A stretch of DNA of 11,162 bases. It comes from Thermodesulfovibrionales bacterium (GTDB taxonomy: Bacteria > Nitrospirota > Thermodesulfovibrionia > Thermodesulfovibrionales > SM23-35). Where the stretch lies: contig CAVQRT010000013.1 in the NCBI GenBank assembly GCA_963715195.1, positions 1-11,162 of the forward strand, read 5' to 3'. Under the pieces are notes generated by a model. The model made no database searches. It saw only the letters and a list, made by a program, of their open reading frames with translations, and had not been told where the DNA came from. Positions 6,595 through 11,162 of the stretch are shown piece by piece. The translations under genes and the position numbers were made by a program. The stretch's first letter is position 1. Every line of letters starts with the position of its first letter.

Positions 6595-8418
6595 TTATAT
6601 TCCGCAGGCTTTTTCGCCGGTTTTGATCACTATGCCGTCGAAACCTTCATTTACCATTGAATGAGCCTCTTCAATATCATAAAATCCGGTAATACGGACC
6701 TTATAAAAGTCCCCCTGATGGCAGATCTTAATTTTTTTATTTGAAACTTTTTTCTGCAGGCGTTTCTTGAATGTCGCAGCGGACTCCTGCGACTTGAATG
6801 CCCCGACCTGCAGTGCATACGAGGTATCCTTTTCATCGTGTTTCATCGCGGATGATGAAGAGGTAACCTGTGTTCTTTTTTCGATATTAGAGCTTTTCTC
6901 TGATAAGGCCTTCTTTTCCATGGGTGCACCCTTAGCATTTAAATACGCGGGCCGCCTTGTGTCCTTTCTCGATATCGCATCCTTCATGATATTCGAGAGG
7001 GCGATAAAATCCGGTTTATAAATTTCTCCACTCCTGAACCAGGTTTCCTGCATTCCTGAAACAGATATCTCAAGTTCAGCCAATGCAATGTTCAGATCAT
7101 TGATTGTAACCAGATATTCATTGTACGCCTTGATCAATTCGGCTTCTGCATCCAGGAAGTCCACCATCTTGATGGTGCCTTCCGAATATTTTTCCGCCGT
7201 CTGTTTGAAACTATACTCAGCCGTCTTGAGCTGCTTCTCTTTAACATCGACTTCCCGTGTCTTTTCCTGGACAGCCCGCCATGATTCCTCAGCCTCGAAA
7301 ACGACTCTCTTGGTCAGATCTTCATGCTCGTATTGCTGCTTCTGCATCAATGCTTTTGCTTTTGACACTTCTGCCTTTGTCCTGTTCCATTCAAACAGCG
7401 ACCAGTCAAGCTGGAGAGAGAGCATCCATTGCTCAGGACTCGTTACGTTGGTTTCCTTCTGCATCGTGTATTTTCCCTCGAGGGAAAGCTGAGGGAGAAA
7501 CCCACCCCGGGCAATTGTGATATCGGACCCAGCTGCCTGCGCCCGTGCAGAAGACATCTTTAAATCCTCCCTGTTTGCAAGAGCGAATTCTTTGACCTCC
7601 TGAAGCGGAGCGATGAAGAAACTATTCAGCGGTTCGCCTTTCAGCATAAGGTTTTCATCGTCCCGGCAGTAAATAAGCCTTTTGAGGTTGCTGAGCGCTG
7701 TCTCAGCCCGGTTCCTTGCTTTAAAGATTTCCAGTTCGGAGGCAGCGAGATCGTTTTCAGCGATGAACAGGTCTTCCTTTCTGACATATCCTTCACTATT
7801 GCGCTCCTGAATAACCCTGAGGCCTTCTTTTTTTGCATCCAGGATCTTTTCGAGTATGCCGGTATACAACTGTTCTTTCAAAACTTGATGAAACACCTTT
7901 TTTACCTCAAAGACGAGCAGTCTTTTCTTTCTCTCAAGATCATATCGCGCCTCTTCATTTAATTTTTGAGACTTTTTGTATGAATGCGTTAAACGCATGC
8001 CGGTAAAGACGGGTTGTTCAATGCTCAAAGTGATACCATAGGTTTCTTGATTGTCAGCAGAGAGTTCAACATCAGAGGGTGGAACTCCTGAAAGAAAGGT
8101 GTCGCGGGGAACGAGGAAAAAGTCATCTTTCTCCCTGAGGTCATAGTTCCCCTTTAATTTCAATGAGGGAAAAAACCGTGAGGATGCCATTTTGACATCT
8201 TCTTCCGCTGCCCGAAGATCCATTTCGTGTGACTTCAGCCACCGGTTTTTTTCTAATGCCCCGGAAATACAGTCATCAAGGGTGAGTTCAAGGGCGGATG
8301 CAGGGTGAGTGAGTAAAGAGAATGTGAAGATGAAAGCTATGAAGAATAGAGTGCAAGAAATGTCCCTCTTTGGTAAAGAGGGATTAGGGGAGATTTTCTG
8401 AATAAACAATGAAAACAT
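6595..8418 (-). CDS. TolC-family outer membrane efflux protein with C-terminal SPOR domain
   Basis: Hydrophobic signal segment ending ASA, then LTLDDCISGALEKN, two OEP repeats (FFPSLKLKG...; FLPQLSLEG...LDWSLFEW), a charged linker, and YALQVGAFKSQESA...FYKVRITGF SPOR-like tail. The start codon is uncertain because a repeat overlaps the 5' end. Confidence 0.9.
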   Translation of the reverse strand: MFSLFIQKISPNPSLPKRDISCTLFFIAFIFTFSLLTHPASALELTLDDCISGALEKNRWLKSHEMDLRAAEEDVKMASSRFFPSLKLKGNYDLREKDDFFLVPRDTFLSGVPPSDVELSADNQETYGITLSIEQPVFTGMRLTHSYKKSQKLNEEARYDLERKKRLLVFEVKKVFHQVLKEQLYTGILEKILDAKKEGLRVIQERNSEGYVRKEDLFIAENDLAASELEIFKARNRAETALSNLKRLIYCRDDENLMLKGEPLNSFFIAPLQEVKEFALANREDLKMSSARAQAAGSDITIARGGFLPQLSLEGKYTMQKETNVTSPEQWMLSLQLDWSLFEWNRTKAEVSKAKALMQKQQYEHEDLTKRVVFEAEESWRAVQEKTREVDVKEKQLKTAEYSFKQTAEKYSEGTIKMVDFLDAEAELIKAYNEYLVTINDLNIALAELEISVSGMQETWFRSGEIYKPDFIALSNIMKDAISRKDTRRPAYLNAKGAPMEKKALSEKSSNIEKRTQVTSSSSAMKHDEKDTSYALQVGAFKSQESAATFKKRLQKKVSNKKIKICHQGDFYKVRITGFYDIEEAHSMVNEGFDGIVIKTGEKACGI

Positions 8419-8460
8419 TTTTCTTATAATCCCTCCTAACCTCCCTTTGCCAAAGGGAGG
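8363..8460. repeat. Inverted pair of CCCTCTTT-N3-AAAGAGGG-type palindromic repeats overlapping the 5' end of the TolC-family gene
   Basis: TCCCTCTTTGGTAAAGAGGGATTAGGGGAGATT (8363-8395) and AATCCCTCCTAACCTCCCTTTGCCAAAGGGAGG (8428-8460) are near reverse complements, and each contains its own hairpin. Confidence 0.8.
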
Positions 8461-8504
8461 AATAATAATATTGCTAAGTTTATAGCGAACTCTGTTTCAA
8501 TGTT

Positions 8505-8553
8505 CGTCATTACCGGCTTGCCGGAATCAAGCCGCTTTTCCTGGATAATGACG
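8505..8553. repeat. Degenerate CGTC-tagged REP-like element
   Basis: CGTCATTA...TAATGACG terminal inverted repeat with an internal CCGG-CTTG-CCGG hairpin, located between the MFP and TolC genes. Confidence 0.6.
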
Positions 8554-8616
8554 GATTAAAGTCGTTGTGAATGATTCCGATTAAGCGATTCAATTTCCTG
8601 ACAACCAAGTATGTTT

Positions 8617-9640
8617 TTATTGCAAAAATCGTACCGTAACGGTCATATTGTTCTTGAGACCTGTGAAATCTTCCAGCCGGATGAAAATAACCTGTGTATT
8701 AATGTCAAAAGATGCCATGGGATCGAAGGTCCGCTGGGATTTTCTCTTTACGTTCGGAAGAACCTTATACACTGTTCCGTTATATGTTTTGTCTTTGTAA
8801 GCGTCTGTTATCACTTCAACGGATTGCCCCTCTTTGACCTTTCCGACATCGGTTTCTTCAAGCTCTGCCCGGATTCTCAACTTGCCCGGATTAACAAGTT
8901 CCAGGACGGGAGTGCCGACGTCAACTGATTCACCAACATGCTTGAATTTTTCAGTCACGACGCCATTGAACGGAGATGTCAGCGTATAGTCTTTTAAAGA
9001 TGCCTGATAGTACCTTAATTCTGAATCGGCCTTTTCAACCGACGATTTTGCCTGCTCGATCTCTTCATCTCTCACGCCCTGTTTCAGTTTTTGCATGTTT
9101 GTTTTTGATTCATCGAATTCTGCAGATGTTCTTTTGAACTGCTCTTCTGCTTTCCTCAGTTCTATGAGCGTTGTGGCGTCTTTTTCATAGAGCCTCTTTT
9201 GTCTCTCGAACTCATCCTTGGATTCCAGGTATTTCGCATCTGCCGACTGCATCCTGCTCTTTGCCATTGCAACATCCTCGCGCCGGTAACCTGACTCAAG
9301 CTCTCTGAGACGTGAGCGCGCCTCGAAGAGGGTTGATTCTGCCATTTTTACCTTTGCTATGATCTTGCTGTCATCGAATTTCACCAGGGGTGCCCCCGCC
9401 TTTACCTCATCGCCTTCTTTTACGAGGAACGCGGATATCGTTGAGGAGACCTGGCTGCTTGCGTCGATCTTCTCCTCGCTTTCCACGATTCCTTTCGCTG
9501 TTGTAAACATCTGTTTTGTTTCATCACGCTGGGCCGTCACGTTTTTTTTCCGTAAAATGCCTCGGACCGAAGAGGGCAAGAAGAACAGCAACGACGAGAA
9601 GACCTATCAACAAAAAGATCGCAAATCGGTTATTTTTCAT
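8617..9640 (-). CDS. HlyD/DevB-like membrane fusion protein; one frameshift in an A8 tract at 9542-9549
   Basis: ATG at 9640 overlaps the ABC stop (ATGA), has an AGGAGG RBS and encodes a TM anchor ([25 protein letters not shown]). Removing one A joins it to the 8617..9591 frame, which has lipoyl motifs (LVKEGDEVKAG; LTSPFNGVV), a long coiled coil and a DevB-like DPMASFDINTQVIFIRL tail. Confidence 0.88.
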
Positions 9641-10326
9641 GCTTGCCCTCCTTTTTCCCGAATAATCATGCCATCCTCCATGTAGAGAATACGGTCAAAG
9701 ACCTCTTCGACCCTGCTATCATGTGTTGCCACGAGGATGCTTTTCTTCCTCCTGGTGGCAAGTTCTTTAAGTATTTCCATGACTTTCCTGCCGTTCATCT
9801 GATCAAGGTTCCCCGTCGGTTCGTCCGCGAGAATAATGGGGGAGTCCGCTGCGAGGGAACGAGCTATGGCAACCCGTTGTTTTTCTCCACCGCTCAGATC
9901 TCTCGGGAGGAAATGCAAACGGTCTGAAAGGCCCACACCGGCAAGCATTTCCTTTGCTTTCTGCCCGGCATTTTCGGTCACCCCTTTTAATTTTAAAACT
10001 ATCAAGACATTTTCAAGAGCGGTCAGAGCAGGGAAGAGATTGAACCCCTGAAAAATAAAAGAGATAAATTTTTTCCTGATGCCCGGCAGAGAGGCTTCCC
10101 CGAGGGTATTTGTTTCAATGCCAAAAAGTTTTAATGTACCGCTTGTCGGCCGCAATATGCAGCCGATCAGGGAGAGCAGGGTCGTCTTTCCGCTGCCTGA
10201 AGGCCCGAAAAGACCTACCATCTCGCCTTCACGCAACTTAAAACCAACGGATGAGACTGCCCTGACCTCAACCTTTCCTTCTGAGTATATCTTTGTTAAA
10301 TCTCCTGCAATGACAGGTGGTTCCAT
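9637..10326 (-). CDS. ABC transporter ATP-binding protein, LolD/MacB/DevA-like
   Basis: Walker [10 protein letters not shown]-loop FIFQGFNL, signature [13 protein letters not shown], Walker [13 protein letters not shown]-loop ATHD; GAGGT RBS. Confidence 0.95.
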   Translation of the reverse strand: MEPPVIAGDLTKIYSEGKVEVRAVSSVGFKLREGEMVGLFGPSGSGKTTLLSLIGCILRPTSGTLKLFGIETNTLGEASLPGIRKKFISFIFQGFNLFPALTALENVLIVLKLKGVTENAGQKAKEMLAGVGLSDRLHFLPRDLSGGEKQRVAIARSLAADSPIILADEPTGNLDQMNGRKVMEILKELATRRKKSILVATHDSRVEEVFDRILYMEDGMIIREKGGQA

Positions 10327-10515
10327 GCTCTACCTCATCTGCAGAGAGCATGCTGATTGTAAAGAATACAGCTTAGGCAATTCCGGCTGATAAGAATAGC
10401 CACTAAACATGCTCAATCTTATCATAAAAAAGGAAAAGTTTGCAGTGCGCAGAAAGAGGAGCAAGCATCTTAAAGGAGATGAAAAGTATTCTTAAAATAT
10501 AAACTATTTATCGGT

Positions 10516-10549
10516 AATCCCCCTCTACCCTCCTTTAGAAAAGTGGGAA
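10516..10549. repeat. Degenerate copy of the 8428-8460 palindromic repeat
   Basis: AATCCCCCTCTACCCTCCTTTAGAAAAGTGGGAA aligns with AATCCCTCCTAACCTCCCTTTGCCAAAGGGAGGAA. Confidence 0.55.
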
Positions 10550-10679
10550 TTATTCAAGGAAAAAAAAGAAGAAATTTCCTATTTTTGCTGGAAGTACGGG
10601 GAGGAATCGAATTTCGTAATAAATTACTTAATTTCTAATATAATTGTGTATAATAGCGCATCTTAATAAGGACTATCAC

Positions 10680-11162
10680 ATGGTGCAGTTCCATTTCAGA
10701 AAAGTTGTTGATAAGGCTGAGCTCGAAGAAGTCTTCCGGCTAAGATATAAAGTCTACTGTAATGAGTGGGGCTTTGAAAAAGCAGAGGATCATCCGGACG
10801 GCCTCCTGGAGCCCAGATTCAGCAGCAGTTCAATGCACTTTATTTCATTGAATGAAACAGGGCAGATAATCGGTACCATCCGCATCATCCTGAATTCTGA
10901 GAAAGGATTCCCTATAGAAAACCATTGTACGATTGATGCTGATCTTTCACATATGAACAGGCAGAAACTCGGAGAAATATCGCGTTTGGCTGTCAGCAAG
11001 GAATTCCGCAAGAGATTCGAAGACCGCTTTATCTATGAAGGGACTCAGGAATACATTCAGCCGCAGTCTGTTGCTCACGAAAGAAGGACTCGCCACGAGA
11101 TTGTCATCGGTCTCTATAAATGTATTTATATAGAGAGCAAAAGATTGGGTTTGACCCATTGG
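10680..11162 (+). CDS. PEP-CTERM/exosortase system-associated acyltransferase (N-acyl amino acid synthase FeeM / LuxI-like GNAT fold), 3'-truncated by window end
   Basis: Open frame from ATG 10680 (AAGGA RBS) to the window edge: MVQFHFRKVVDKAELEEVFRLRYKVYCNEWGFE...IIGTIRII...FPIENHC...GEISRLAVSKEFRKR...ERR...IVIGLYKCIYIESKRLGLTHW. RLRYxVYCxExGFE and EISRLAV are the family motifs. It is absent from the ORF track, presumably because no stop lies in the window. Confidence 0.88.
   Translation, partial: MVQFHFRKVVDKAELEEVFRLRYKVYCNEWGFEKAEDHPDGLLEPRFSSSSMHFISLNETGQIIGTIRIILNSEKGFPIENHCTIDADLSHMNRQKLGEISRLAVSKEFRKRFEDRFIYEGTQEYIQPQSVAHERRTRHEIVIGLYKCIYIESKRLGLTHW

Noticed and set aside
3665..10390. 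Short alternative-frame and antisense ORFs inside the S8, TolC, MFP and ABC genes
   Set aside because: They overlap well-supported genes and have no recognisable motifs. The exceptions are the S8 fragments already merged above.
10639..10654. Two TATAAT hexamers upstream of the acyltransferase as a defined promoter
   Set aside because: The region is very AT-rich and has no properly spaced -35 element, so the promoter is plausible but cannot be assigned.
10790..11159. Minus-strand ORFs 10790..11011 and 10947..11159
   Set aside because: They are antisense to the plus-strand acyltransferase frame, which carries clear family motifs.

Overview
Bacterial chromosomal segment of moderate GC. Gene content and repeat style suggest a Gram-negative, PEP-CTERM/exosortase-encoding lineage such as Nitrospirota or Desulfobacterota (inference). 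Left to right: a decayed M16 peptidase pseudogene; tRNA-Val(CAC); a MITE; an intact hicAB toxin-antitoxin pair, probably leaderless; a heavily frameshifted PEP-CTERM gene under an intact enhancer/IHF/sigma54 promoter; a bidirectional terminator; a secreted S8 subtilase with four Ig-like repeats, broken by four +1 frameshifts; a dense cluster of nested CGTC/TGTC-type REP-like palindromes; a permease-less DevA/DevB-like ABC-MFP-TolC operon whose TolC carries a C-terminal SPOR domain; and, divergently, a PEP-CTERM/exosortase-associated acyltransferase (FeeM/LuxI-like) that runs off the window end and is missing from the ORF track. The most interesting candidates are the acyltransferase plus TolC-SPOR exporter module and the nested REP/MITE system. 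Several frameshifts are single-base insertions and may be sequencing errors.
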